IMG/VR virus record: IMGVR_UViG_3300037424_000543
Span: 1 to 40,182 of that record
Direction: 5' to 3' (one strand)
DNA length: 40,182 bases
Origin: a virus
Lineage: Duplodnaviria; Caudoviricetes
Position 1 is the first letter of the stretch. Each line of letters begins with the position of its first letter. Below the pieces are notes generated by a model. That model saw nothing but the letters and a program-made list of their open reading frames with translations. It made no database searches and was not told the DNA's origin. The position numbers were made by a program, and so were the translations under genes. Positions 7,489-15,704 of the stretch are shown here, in pieces.

Positions 7489-8109
7489 ATGCCGATCAAT
7501 CTGCGAGTGAGCGGAGACTTCACGCCGTACTTGAAATACAACTCCAAGGCCGGCCGCTGGTATGCGAGATTTGATGGTGTCAATAGCGACGTGGAAATTG
7601 CCAATCCGCGCATCGCAATCGACCTGGAGAATATCAAGACCGGCTGGATCGCGTTTAGCCAAACAGGCGGCCCGCCACAAATTCTGTGGGACCCTTCACA
7701 GGCGGAAGAATCTCCCAAGCCGAACTGGGAGGGTGTCAAACGGGGATTCCGGGTTGTGGTCGTGGGCCGCGATGCCGTGACCACGGCCGGCGCAGTCCTG
7801 GGCGAACGGGAAGTCATGGCGACCGCCAATGCAATCATCAAGCCCATCATTGACATGTACAATCAGTGGGAAAAGGACCGTGGTGACCACCCCGGCTGCA
7901 TCCCTGTGTACCGCTGTACAGGCGTAGTCGCACTCAATGGCCGCAACGGCGTGAACTACGAACCGGTGTTCAAGCTGTTGTCCTGGATTGCCCGCGACAA
8001 GATGCCGGAATTGGCCAGCCAAGAAACGCTGCACGATGTAGCGTTCAACGACGTTGATGAGCCGGAAGGAATGACGGTACAGGACGACGGTGACGATATT
8101 CCGTTCTAG
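7489..8109 (+). CDS. Single-stranded DNA binding/annealing-type protein
   Basis: Follows the nuclease; acidic C-terminus DDGDDIPF resembling the SSB C-terminal tail; SD AGGAGG. Confidence 0.65.
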   Translation: MPINLRVSGDFTPYLKYNSKAGRWYARFDGVNSDVEIANPRIAIDLENIKTGWIAFSQTGGPPQILWDPSQAEESPKPNWEGVKRGFRVVVVGRDAVTTAGAVLGEREVMATANAIIKPIIDMYNQWEKDRGDHPGCIPVYRCTGVVALNGRNGVNYEPVFKLLSWIARDKMPELASQETLHDVAFNDVDEPEGMTVQDDGDDIPF

Positions 8110-8450
8110 GACCTCAAGGCCGTGTTCTGGCAGGCCGCGGCGGAAGATGGGTTCCCCCAACCGGAGAAAAGAGGCTGATAGCGCCGGGGGCCACGGAGGC
8201 CCGCCACGGAGGCACCGGCGTTTTCTGTAGTGCGGCGGCTTCCATCCGAGCCGCCGAACAGAGCACGCGATAGTCACACGTCGCTGTGCTCCGCCGGAGC
8301 GGGGGCGTCGCTCATGCGCCCCCGCGATGGTGTTTCAACCATGTAAGACGTGCGGGATGCCCGCTACCGCAAGGCGCGGGAGATGATACCCGGGGGAGAC
8401 TCCGCCCTGGGATTCATTTGGCAAGTCCCGCGCGTCCCCTTTTCGGAGAG
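8110..8450 (+). ncRNA. Candidate structured RNA (multi-hairpin)
   Basis: At least 7 consecutive GC-rich stems; no convincing ORF. Confidence 0.5.
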
Positions 8451-8455
8451 AAAAA

Positions 8456-8614
8456 ATGCGCAGGAAAAAAGCTGCTGGAATGACCGCTAGCCAACGACAG
8501 ACGCGCAAGCTCGCCATGGTGGCGAGGACGAAAATCAATAAGCTGCAGCGTGTCGCAAGGCATCAAAGGCGACTCGAATATTTTGCGGAACGCCGTGCAA
8601 GGCGGACAGGGTAA
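8456..8614 (+). CDS. Small Arg/Lys-rich protein (52 aa), absent from the ORF track
   Basis: GGAG SD; MRRKKAAG...RVARHQRRLEYFAERRARRTG; 18 of 52 residues are R/K. Confidence 0.65.
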   Translation: MRRKKAAGMTASQRQTRKLAMVARTKINKLQRVARHQRRLEYFAERRARRTG

Positions 8615-8633
8615 CGTAACCGGGGCGTAGGAG

Positions 8634-8852
8634 ATGAAGATGAAAGAAATTACAAACATCATGTGGACGCATCCGAGCGGCGGCGTGGTGTCCATCGGGG
8701 ACAGTCGTTTTCAGCGCCGCGTGGCAATCAGTGTTGCGCGTGGTGTCGCAAAGTTCAACGCCTACAGGCGGATGCGGCGCGTTGCCAAGGTGCCGTTCGA
8801 AGAATTCATTGTCGACTTCGAATCGTGGAGCGGATTGAGGGTGGCGAAATGA
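8634..8852 (+). CDS. Hypothetical protein
   Basis: AGGAG SD; ATGA overlap with the next gene. Confidence 0.7.
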   Translation: MKMKEITNIMWTHPSGGVVSIGDSRFQRRVAISVARGVAKFNAYRRMRRVAKVPFEEFIVDFESWSGLRVAK

Positions 8853-9256
8853 CCACAGAACCCAAGCGCCGGGGCAGGCTACCCAAGTACGCCACCGAGG
8901 AAGAACGCAAGAAAGCGAAAAGGGAAGTTTCCCGCAAGTGGCACGCGGCCAATCGGGAGAAGGCGAAGGAAGCCTCCCGCAAGTGGTACGCAGCCAATTC
9001 TGAGAAGGCTAAGGAAAGAGCACGCAAGTGGCACGCGGCCAATCGGGAGAAGGCGAATGAAACTACCCGCAAGTGGTACGCGGAGCGCGCTGCCGCCATC
9101 GCCGCCGCAATCGAGGCGCTGGCAGTTTTTGCTTGGTTCGCACAACTTTGCGACGGTTTTCCTGACGATGAATTCATCACCGCGAAAACTATCAAAGTGA
9201 AGGACTACCGCCGCGCCGCCGCAGCCCTGGCCCTACTCAAAGGGGAGAAGAAATGA
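8849..9256 (+). CDS. Basic repeat protein with AT-hook-like N-terminus
   Basis: KRRGRLPK then 15-aa repeats RKW(H/Y)AANxEKA (45-bp tandem repeat). Confidence 0.75.
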   Translation: MTTEPKRRGRLPKYATEEERKKAKREVSRKWHAANREKAKEASRKWYAANSEKAKERARKWHAANREKANETTRKWYAERAAAIAAAIEALAVFAWFAQLCDGFPDDEFITAKTIKVKDYRRAAAALALLKGEKK

Positions 9257-9474
9257 AGCCCGAACTCAAGCCCAACCCGTGCCGGTTTTGCCAGACTAAG
9301 GCTGCGGTGGAATCTGATATGATCTGGGCAGTTAGTAGCAGCCGTACCGCTCATAAATGGTGGGTAAATTGCGACAATGTGAAGTGCAATGCTGGCGGTC
9401 CTTTCGGGAGCACCCGCGCCGCGGCCGTGAAGGCGTGGAACCTGATGTGCCCTCTCAGGAAGGAGCGGAAATGA
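9253..9474 (+). CDS. Lar-family restriction alleviation protein
   Basis: LKP.PCRFC...VNC...C..GP....AAVKAWN pattern. Confidence 0.75.
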   Translation: MKPELKPNPCRFCQTKAAVESDMIWAVSSSRTAHKWWVNCDNVKCNAGGPFGSTRAAAVKAWNLMCPLRKERK

Positions 9475-9701
9475 AACTGGAAGAATTGGAAAAAGTAAAA
9501 TTGGCGATCAGGCTATCCGAGGGAGCGGCGTATGACGATGCTGCCGACCGCACGAAAGCCTCGGAACGCGGCTTAGCCAGAGTTAGGGAACTCATACAAG
9601 AGTTCGAGGACTCTGCCTGCCAACATGCGTGGAAGCGGCTCATAAAGACCAGCAAACTCAACGAATGCGATAAATGCAAAGCTCGCAGGTTCGACCCATG
9701 A
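9471..9701 (+). CDS. Hypothetical protein
   Basis: AAGGAG SD; CQHAW..ECDKC. Confidence 0.7.
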   Translation: MKLEELEKVKLAIRLSEGAAYDDAADRTKASERGLARVRELIQEFEDSACQHAWKRLIKTSKLNECDKCKARRFDP

Positions 9702-9714
9702 GGAAGGAGCGGAA

Positions 9715-10125
9715 ATGATCGTCTCGTTCACGGTCCCAGGGAAGCCCGTGCCGTTTAACTGGCGCGCACCGCGTCCTGGACGCAAATTGTTCTACAGCCC
9801 ACGGCCGCAAGCCAATCAGATGAAGCTGATTGCGCAATACGCGAAACTGGCCATGGGCAAGCACAAGCCCATGCAGGGCGCTGTAATCGGGATAATCGGC
9901 TACTACATCCCCATGCCGGAATCGTGGTCGAGAAAGAAGCGCGAGACGATGCTCTATGAAAGGCACACCAGCAAGCCGGACATGACAAACTTGCGGAAAC
10001 TTGTCGAGGATGCGCTGACAGGTATCGTTTACGAGGATGACTGTCAGATAGCATACTATGAGTACGAAGCAAAAAGGTGGGCCATCACCGGATCAACTGA
10101 AATCCAATACTTGACGAAGGACTAG
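9715..10125 (+). CDS. rusA: RusA-family Holliday junction resolvase
   Basis: F.VPGKP, KPD..NL.K...DALTGI.Y.DD.QI motif. Confidence 0.92.
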   Translation: MIVSFTVPGKPVPFNWRAPRPGRKLFYSPRPQANQMKLIAQYAKLAMGKHKPMQGAVIGIIGYYIPMPESWSRKKRETMLYERHTSKPDMTNLRKLVEDALTGIVYEDDCQIAYYEYEAKRWAITGSTEIQYLTKD

Positions 10126-10128
10126 GCA

Positions 10129-10533
10129 ATGACCACGCGATTCTGGTTGACACCGCCCGAACTCTACGAGGACCTGTCACGACGCTTCGGCCCGTTCGAC
10201 TACGACCCATGCCCGCATCCGGTGCCGGAGGGCTTCAACGGGCTGGAAGTTCCGTGGGGGCACATGAGTTACGTCAACCCGCCGTTCCGGCGCCACGACG
10301 GTATAGAAGGCAAAGGTCCTACGGCGTTCGTCCACAAGGCCATCGCCGAAGCTCAAGCCGGGCGCGGCTCCGTGCTGGTTCTGCCGGTGCAAAGCTACGT
10401 GATGTTGCTGGCCGCGGCGGGCGCGGAGATACACTCCATGGGTCGGGTGAAGTGGCTTGATGCGGACACGCGCAAGCCCATGCCGGGGCCTTCCCCGATC
10501 TGCGCATTCGTTCTTAAAGGATCAAAGCAATGA
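10129..10533 (+). CDS. Phage DNA N6-adenine methyltransferase (short type)
   Basis: W.TP, FDYDPC, NGL...W, YVNPPF motifs. Confidence 0.82.
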   Translation: MTTRFWLTPPELYEDLSRRFGPFDYDPCPHPVPEGFNGLEVPWGHMSYVNPPFRRHDGIEGKGPTAFVHKAIAEAQAGRGSVLVLPVQSYVMLLAAAGAEIHSMGRVKWLDADTRKPMPGPSPICAFVLKGSKQ

Positions 10534-10973
10534 CCACGTACACAAGTCGCTACGATTGCGGGCACACGGGCGAAATTACACTTCCCGAAATGACCGAGCC
10601 GGACGTTGTAGTGAATGTCTCCGAGAATTGTTTCAAGTGCGGCATCGCGCAGAATAACCCGTCGCCCACAATGCGACATAGAATCCATGTCACCTGCAAC
10701 GGCTGCCGGGACTCGCGCTCTTTCAAGGGCCTCGACGATCTTGTAGCCGGCGGCTGGGAACTGATCAAGCCCCGCGGCTCCCTGTGCCCCCGGTGTTCGC
10801 GGGCGGCGCGCATCGAGCGGGAGCACAAGGCCATGCGGATGACGCTGCTGTTTTACGCGGCCCCGGAAACGTACCGCCGGGACCAGCATGATCCCGATAA
10901 ACCGGTACCTATCGCACTGGACGACGGGCTACAGGCTCAACGAATGTTGGAAAAAATCAAGGAGACGCCATGA
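10530..10973 (+). CDS. Cys-rich hypothetical protein
   Basis: CGH, CFKC, CNGC, CPRC; ATGA overlaps. Confidence 0.75.
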   Translation: MTTYTSRYDCGHTGEITLPEMTEPDVVVNVSENCFKCGIAQNNPSPTMRHRIHVTCNGCRDSRSFKGLDDLVAGGWELIKPRGSLCPRCSRAARIEREHKAMRMTLLFYAAPETYRRDQHDPDKPVPIALDDGLQAQRMLEKIKETP

Positions 10974-11752
10974 GCACGATTTTCAAACTGACCGACCGGG
11001 ATGGCTACACTCGGCGCGATCGATCCGGCGAAACCCTGTGGTTGCCACTGGGTACGGAGCATAGGGCTCCGGGCGGGAAGCTCTGCACCAATCAAGTGAT
11101 CCATGCGTACGCCGATCCGCTAATCGCAGTTTTCATGGACTCCGCGCACAGCGATTATCTCGCGCAGGGCGGCCGCCTGTTCCGGGGCGGCGGCGACGTG
11201 TGCGCCAATGACCAAACCAAGTTGGGCCTGACCCGCTGCGCGCTGCACGAGGAAATCCCCATCCCGGAAATCCCCATCCCGGAAATCTCTACAGCCGCGC
11301 GCGTACACGCCGCAATTCGGCTGGCGCTCCTGGTCTATCGTGAGCCTGGCTTCGTGCAGTGGGCCGGCCGCTGGTTGGACGGCACAGATCGGACTGCGGA
11401 CGCGGCAAGGGGGGCGGCGGAGGCGGTGGCGGCGGCGGCGGCGCCTGGGGCGGTGGCGGCGATGACGGCGACGTGGGAGACGTGGGAGACGTGGGCGCAG
11501 GCGGCGAGGTCGGCGGTGGCGGCGGCGATGGCGGCGACGGAGACGGCAACGTGGGCGGCGATGGCGGCGGTGGCGGCGGCGACGGAGACGGAGACGGCAA
11601 CGTGGGCGGCGATGGCGGCGATGGCGGCGATATGGGTGGTGGATGCGGGGATGGTGCGGTTTGACTTGGCCACGATCATCAAGGCAGCAATCGAAGCGGA
11701 AAGGACCACGCTAAATGGCTGGTGGTGGTGCGGTGTGGATGGAACACACTAA
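10970..11752 (+). CDS. Hypothetical protein with Ala-rich low-complexity region
   Basis: AGGAG SD; LC...IHAY..P..A N-domain; W...WL.G.DR then Ala/Thr repeats. Confidence 0.8.
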   Translation: MSTIFKLTDRDGYTRRDRSGETLWLPLGTEHRAPGGKLCTNQVIHAYADPLIAVFMDSAHSDYLAQGGRLFRGGGDVCANDQTKLGLTRCALHEEIPIPEIPIPEISTAARVHAAIRLALLVYREPGFVQWAGRWLDGTDRTADAARGAAEAVAAAAAPGAVAAMTATWETWETWAQAARSAVAAAMAATETATWAAMAAVAAATETETATWAAMAAMAAIWVVDAGMVRFDLATIIKAAIEAERTTLNGWWWCGVDGTH

Positions 11753-11896
11753 TCAGTGATGCGAGCCAGTAGGAGCAGACATCCTATGGTACGGCTCTGC
11801 TTTAACAGGTAGCCATAGCCGTCTGGGTAAAACGAGGCGCTGTTGCGCGCCTATCGCTCACATAGCCGGTACTCAAGCCCGGCCACCATCACCGGC
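11718..11896 (+). ncRNA. tRNA-like structured RNA
   Basis: Terminal stem GCTGGTGGTGGTG/CACCATCACCGGC; D-like arm GTGT-GGATGGA-ACAC; T-like arm GCCGG-TACTCAAGC-CCGGC; internal three-hairpin domain. Confidence 0.6.
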
Positions 11897-11914
11897 TTTC
11901 TAGAGGTGAAAAAG

Positions 11915-12031
11915 ATGAGAGAGAGATACTTCATGCGGAAGGACCAATCAGAACACATGCGCATGGCATTGCGCTACGGGAATCTCGGATTGAGCTATGC
12001 CCGCGTTTCCAGGAAAGATGACCATGCCTGA
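11915..12031 (+). CDS. Small hypothetical protein
   Basis: GAGGTG SD, 38 aa. Confidence 0.45.
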   Translation: MRERYFMRKDQSEHMRMALRYGNLGLSYARVSRKDDHA

Positions 12032-12218
12032 CATTACCATGTGCAGCAACCACACATGCCCGCTGGCGAAACAGTGCTACCGGCATGAGGCGAAGGTGAC
12101 GTGGCCGGAGAGGCAATCGTGGTTTTTTGACTTACCGGAACCCCGCCCGTCGAAAGCATCATCGAACGCGATACGGCAATGGGAGTGCGAATATTTAATC
12201 CCGATGGAGGACCAATGA
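12024..12218 (+). CDS. Small Cys-rich phage protein
   Basis: MPDITMC....CPL...CYRH...QSWF...CEY pattern. Confidence 0.75.
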   Translation: MPDITMCSNHTCPLAKQCYRHEAKVTWPERQSWFFDLPEPRPSKASSNAIRQWECEYLIPMEDQ

Positions 12219-12463
12219 ATAGAAAGAATGATGGCGGGCCTGCGTTCCCTGTGCCGGAAAAAATCGACCAGGACGGGGGTATCAGTGGGACCAGTCACCC
12301 CGGCATGTCCCTGCGCGACTGGTTCGCGGGGCAGGCGCTTCTTGCCGTTGGCATGGCCGAAAACATGCCGGATGAACGGTCTTTCGCTGTAAAAGCCGCA
12401 GCGTCGTGGTGCTACGCCTGCGCAGATGCCATGCTGGCCGAGCGTGAGAAGGGGGACCAATGA
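12215..12463 (+). CDS. Conserved phage hypothetical protein
   Basis: GGPAFP...GMSLRDWFAGQAL...Y..ADAML.ER, a motif widespread in proteobacterial phages. Confidence 0.88.
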   Translation: MNRKNDGGPAFPVPEKIDQDGGISGTSHPGMSLRDWFAGQALLAVGMAENMPDERSFAVKAAASWCYACADAMLAEREKGDQ

Positions 12464-12726
12464 GCGAACCTGGATGCCCCGTGAGGGGAAAAGAAGGGCT
12501 GTGCAAAGGAACTGTCTGCGATACTTTCATTGAGGAGCCGCACCACGAAGATGGGGGCAATTTCACCACATTATGCCCTGGCACGCTGGACGCGGAGCCT
12601 GGGCCGGACTGTGAGCGGCGCAGCAGGGAGGAACGGCGTAATCCCCTCACACCACAGGCGGCCATAGCGCAAATAGAGAGGCGGTCCTACAACGAGCGCA
12701 GAAAGGCTCCCCATGCAGAACGATAG
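12460..12726 (+). CDS. Hypothetical protein with ERRSxxERR motifs
   Basis: ATGA overlap with the previous gene. Confidence 0.65.
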   Translation: MSEPGCPVRGKEGLCKGTVCDTFIEEPHHEDGGNFTTLCPGTLDAEPGPDCERRSREERRNPLTPQAAIAQIERRSYNERRKAPHAER

Positions 12727-12904
12727 GCGCTCCGTCCATGAAAGGCGTACACCAAGGAATCTCACAGGATACCCACCGGCCTATCAAATGGCAAATCGCC
12801 GCTCCGTCCCTGAAAGACGTGAGGAATGGGGCGATGACGGCACAAAACTTTCTCGAGGCAATCGCGGACCTTGGCCGTCGGACCGTAGAAAGGCCACGCC
12901 ATGA
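12713..12904 (+). CDS. Hypothetical protein with (D/N)RRSxxERR motifs
   Basis: Overlaps both neighbours. Confidence 0.55.
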   Translation: MQNDRRSVHERRTPRNLTGYPPAYQMANRRSVPERREEWGDDGTKLSRGNRGPWPSDRRKATP

Positions 12905-13059
12905 GCCACCGCATCGCCTGGAAGGTGGAACTCATACTGCCAAGCGAGGACCCTGATCTCATTGAACCCGCGTGGATAGTCTCAGGGCCACTGGATGCGT
13001 ACCCTCTGCCGGAGCCGCGTTGCCCCTACTGCGGGGACGACTTGGGAGAGACGGAATGA
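12901..13059 (+). CDS. Small hypothetical protein (52 aa)
   Basis: ATGA overlap; ends RCPYCGDDLGETE. Confidence 0.5.
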   Translation: MSHRIAWKVELILPSEDPDLIEPAWIVSGPLDAYPLPEPRCPYCGDDLGETE

Positions 13060-13251
13060 GCGACAATGCGGATATGCAACTATAACAACGTCTACTGTAC
13101 TCTTAATTTTGATTATGCCCGGCTTGATTCACGGTATGAACCGCACTATCCCGCCATCCGCAGAGGTAAATTGCCGCGCCTCTTTCGGCGGCCACGGAAG
13201 ATGTCTGAAAATTAAAGTGATTTTCTATTTTTCACCGCAGGTCGCGGCCGC

Positions 13252-13599
13252 CTACCGCGCAAGCTCCGCCCTGCCCTTAGGCGTGAGGCGGTAGCGGCAA
13301 TCCTCGTCGTAGGTCACCAGCCCGTTGTAGATGGCGTGCTGAGCCGTCTTGTCTGATTCCTGCGAATCGTTGCGGCCTGTTGCCGCATTGAAGCAAGCCC
13401 GCACTTCCGCCACGCTGGCGCCGCTGCCGGAATCGTCCAGGAATTTCAGAAGCCTGACCAAGCCCTTTGACATGTAGATGGACTTCTGCCCACGCCTTTC
13501 CTCGTATTCACACGGTTCCTCGATATCCTTGTAGGAGACGGAACGGTGTGAGCTGTCAGCGGGGATCGCCGACAGAGACCACGGGAGCGCGTAGGTCAT
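13252..13599 (-). CDS. Hypothetical protein, possible winged-helix
   Basis: GAGG SD; C-terminal GLV......YRLTPKG pattern. Confidence 0.65.
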   Translation of the reverse strand: MTYALPWSLSAIPADSSHRSVSYKDIEEPCEYEERRGQKSIYMSKGLVRLLKFLDDSGSGASVAEVRACFNAATGRNDSQESDKTAQHAIYNGLVTYDEDCRYRLTPKGRAELAR

Positions 13600-13874
13600 G
13601 GGGAGTCCTCTTGTTCAATGGGCGCGAAGTTGGTAGAGTGGTCGTGGATGGTGCGGCGTGGAAAAAAGAACGCCAAACGCGTAATTGGACACGCACACGG
13701 AGTAAGGGCGATAGTGCCAAGGCTTTTCTTGATCTCCTAAAGAGCGGGAATATTTGTCCCGCCTAGATTCAAAATTCAAAGTCTGGGTTGAAGTCTTTCG
13801 TGTGTGGCGGCAACTGCCCATTCCAATAGACGGGAATTAACCCGCACACCATCCATCCTTATTCTTCTTCAGCG

Positions 13875-14048
13875 TCATTGAGGTTCCCCTTGCTTCCAGG
13901 CGGCGGCGGTGTCGCGCCCGCCCTGCGCCACCAGATAGGCCCCGGCAATCATGCCCAGGGCGGAAGGGTAGGCGGCATCCGCCTTAAGCCACGCCAGCAG
14001 CACCAGGGCCACCATCGACGCGCAGAACGCGAACAGTTTTTTGCTCAC
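13875..14048 (-). CDS. Holin-like small membrane protein (57 aa)
   Basis: MSKKLFAFCASMVALVLLAW...LGMIAGAYLVAQG..D, two hydrophobic segments; GTGA overlap. Confidence 0.6.
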   Translation of the reverse strand: MSKKLFAFCASMVALVLLAWLKADAAYPSALGMIAGAYLVAQGGRDTAAAWKQGEPQ

Positions 14049-14419
14049 GGCAGGCTGAGATCGTGGAAGGGGTCGGCCGGCGCAGCGGCGCGGCTTGGTG
14101 TGGACCGCGTGCCACGTGCGGCCGGCGCCGGATCATCGCCGCCACCGATCAGGCCGTTCGTGTGCGCCCACACCAGCGCCCCCATGATGAGCACCAGCAG
14201 CACGAACAACGTGCGTGCCGCATCGTTGATGTTGCGCAGGGACCAAGTGAACGTCGAGTCCGGGTCATGGTGCCGTTGCCACGTGCGCCAAGCCACCACG
14301 CACGCGCCCAGCATCAGGAGCACACCGCCAAAGTTGGCGACGAGCTTGTAGATGGTGATAGCGTCGATAGCCCGTTTGGCCACGTCCCCGAACGGAATCA
14401 GGTTGAGCAGGAAGTCCAT
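14045..14419 (-). CDS. Membrane protein
   Basis: Two clear transmembrane segments; GAGG SD. Confidence 0.75.
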   Translation of the reverse strand: MDFLLNLIPFGDVAKRAIDAITIYKLVANFGGVLLMLGACVVAWRTWQRHHDPDSTFTWSLRNINDAARTLFVLLVLIMGALVWAHTNGLIGGGDDPAPAARGTRSTPSRAAAPADPFHDLSLP

Positions 14420-14459
14420 ATCTTTTTATCCTCTGATCGGCCCCCTGCAGAAACAGCCC

Positions 14460-14615
14460 CTAAAATGGCCTGGCATACTCTAATGCACTGTAGTTATTGG
14501 CCAAACGGTGCTGCAGATCATTCACGGCAACCACCAGGATCATCCCCAGGTATGCGCCCGCCGCCTGGTAGGCCGACGCAATCGCTGCAATCCCGGCCGT
14601 GTATCTTTCCAGCAT
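14460..14615 (-). CDS. Small hypothetical protein
   Basis: 51-aa ORF after GAGG; fills the gap between genes. Confidence 0.35.
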   Translation of the reverse strand: MLERYTAGIAAIASAYQAAGAYLGMILVVAVNDLQHRLANNYSALEYARPF

Positions 14616-14708
14616 CTTTTCATCCTCGCGCAAAATCCACGCATTGACACCATGGCGTGTTCACGGGCTGCCGCGATGTCACTTCTACGCCATCTTCCTA
14701 CATGCCCG

Positions 14709-15704
14709 TCAAGCACTGAATAAATCCTGCTGCCGAATCGTAGGCGCGATGCACGCAGGCGAAAACCACACACGCTCGCTGTCGGTTGTCCCTTTGCCGC
14801 CGTATGTAGCCTTGCCGCGCGACCACGGAACGATGTCCCAGCCGGGCAGGTCATAGTCGCCGGCCATCCCGCACAACGCCACGCGCAAGTGCGCGTGTTC
14901 CCGCGCCCACGTTTCCACCGCATCGACGACGGGCGCACCGCTGCCGTACAATTTTTCATACCCGCGATACGGCGGATCGAGTACGATGGCGGTATTGTCG
15001 CCTCCGTAGTTGTGATTGAGGCACCTATCCCAAGCGCCATGCACCACGCGCACGCGGCCCATACGGTCGGCCAGACTGCGCAGCATGACTCCCGCCGCAC
15101 GCCCCCCTGACGTCCAATATTGATCGGTCCCGTCTCCGATACGGGGCACCTGGCCCATCGCCTGCACGCCACGGCCCGCATCACTGATGTGCGGCACCTG
15201 GCCCATCGCCTGTATGCCCTGGCCCGCATTACTGATGTGAGGCACCTGTCCCATCCCGACGAGCGGCTTCCGTCGTTGCCAATCGCACCACCCTTCACCG
15301 ATCCAACAGCACTGACCCCATAACCACCAGCCCGCGGCTTTGGCGTCGCCGGGCCAATCGGCGTCCCGCAACCCTGCTTCCAACTCCGCGCGCCGGGCCA
15401 ATAGCCACACGTGCCGGGCGCCCAGATCAACGTGGCTCACGGGGTAATCGGCCCAATGCGCCACGCGCTCAGGTTGATGCACGGTGGCTCGCCAGAAATT
15501 GGCGATAAATCCATTGGCGTCGCCGATCACCTCCAACGATGCCAGGCGCGGGGCCGCCAGCAGAATCGCGGCCGAACCGCAGAACGGCTCAATGTAATGC
15601 TTGGGCGTGCCCAGCCGCTCCCAGATCAACGCCGCGATTTTGCGCTTACCCCCGAAATAGGGGAATGGCGCCGTCAATCTGACGTCAAGTGCTAATTCAG
15701 TCAC
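14709..15704 (-). CDS. DNA adenine methyltransferase (Dam/D12 class)
   Basis: FPYFGGK, YIEPFCGS, DPPY motifs. Confidence 0.92.
   Translation of the reverse strand: MTELALDVRLTAPFPYFGGKRKIAALIWERLGTPKHYIEPFCGSAAILLAAPRLASLEVIGDANGFIANFWRATVHQPERVAHWADYPVSHVDLGARHVWLLARRAELEAGLRDADWPGDAKAAGWWLWGQCCWIGEGWCDWQRRKPLVGMGQVPHISNAGQGIQAMGQVPHISDAGRGVQAMGQVPRIGDGTDQYWTSGGRAAGVMLRSLADRMGRVRVVHGAWDRCLNHNYGGDNTAIVLDPPYRGYEKLYGSGAPVVDAVETWAREHAHLRVALCGMAGDYDLPGWDIVPWSRGKATYGGKGTTDSERVWFSPACIAPTIRQQDLFSA

Noticed and set aside
11400-11640. GGCGGC-rich repeats as a separate element
   Set aside because: Explained by the Ala-rich coding region; the Gly- and Pro-rich alternative frames are artefacts.
11718-11896. 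Functional tRNA or tmRNA gene
   Set aside because: No 7-nt anticodon loop, non-canonical T loop, no CCA, and too short for tmRNA.
13060-13250. attP or dif site, or bidirectional terminator
   Set aside because: AT-rich, but no convincing XerC/D arms and only a weak hairpin.
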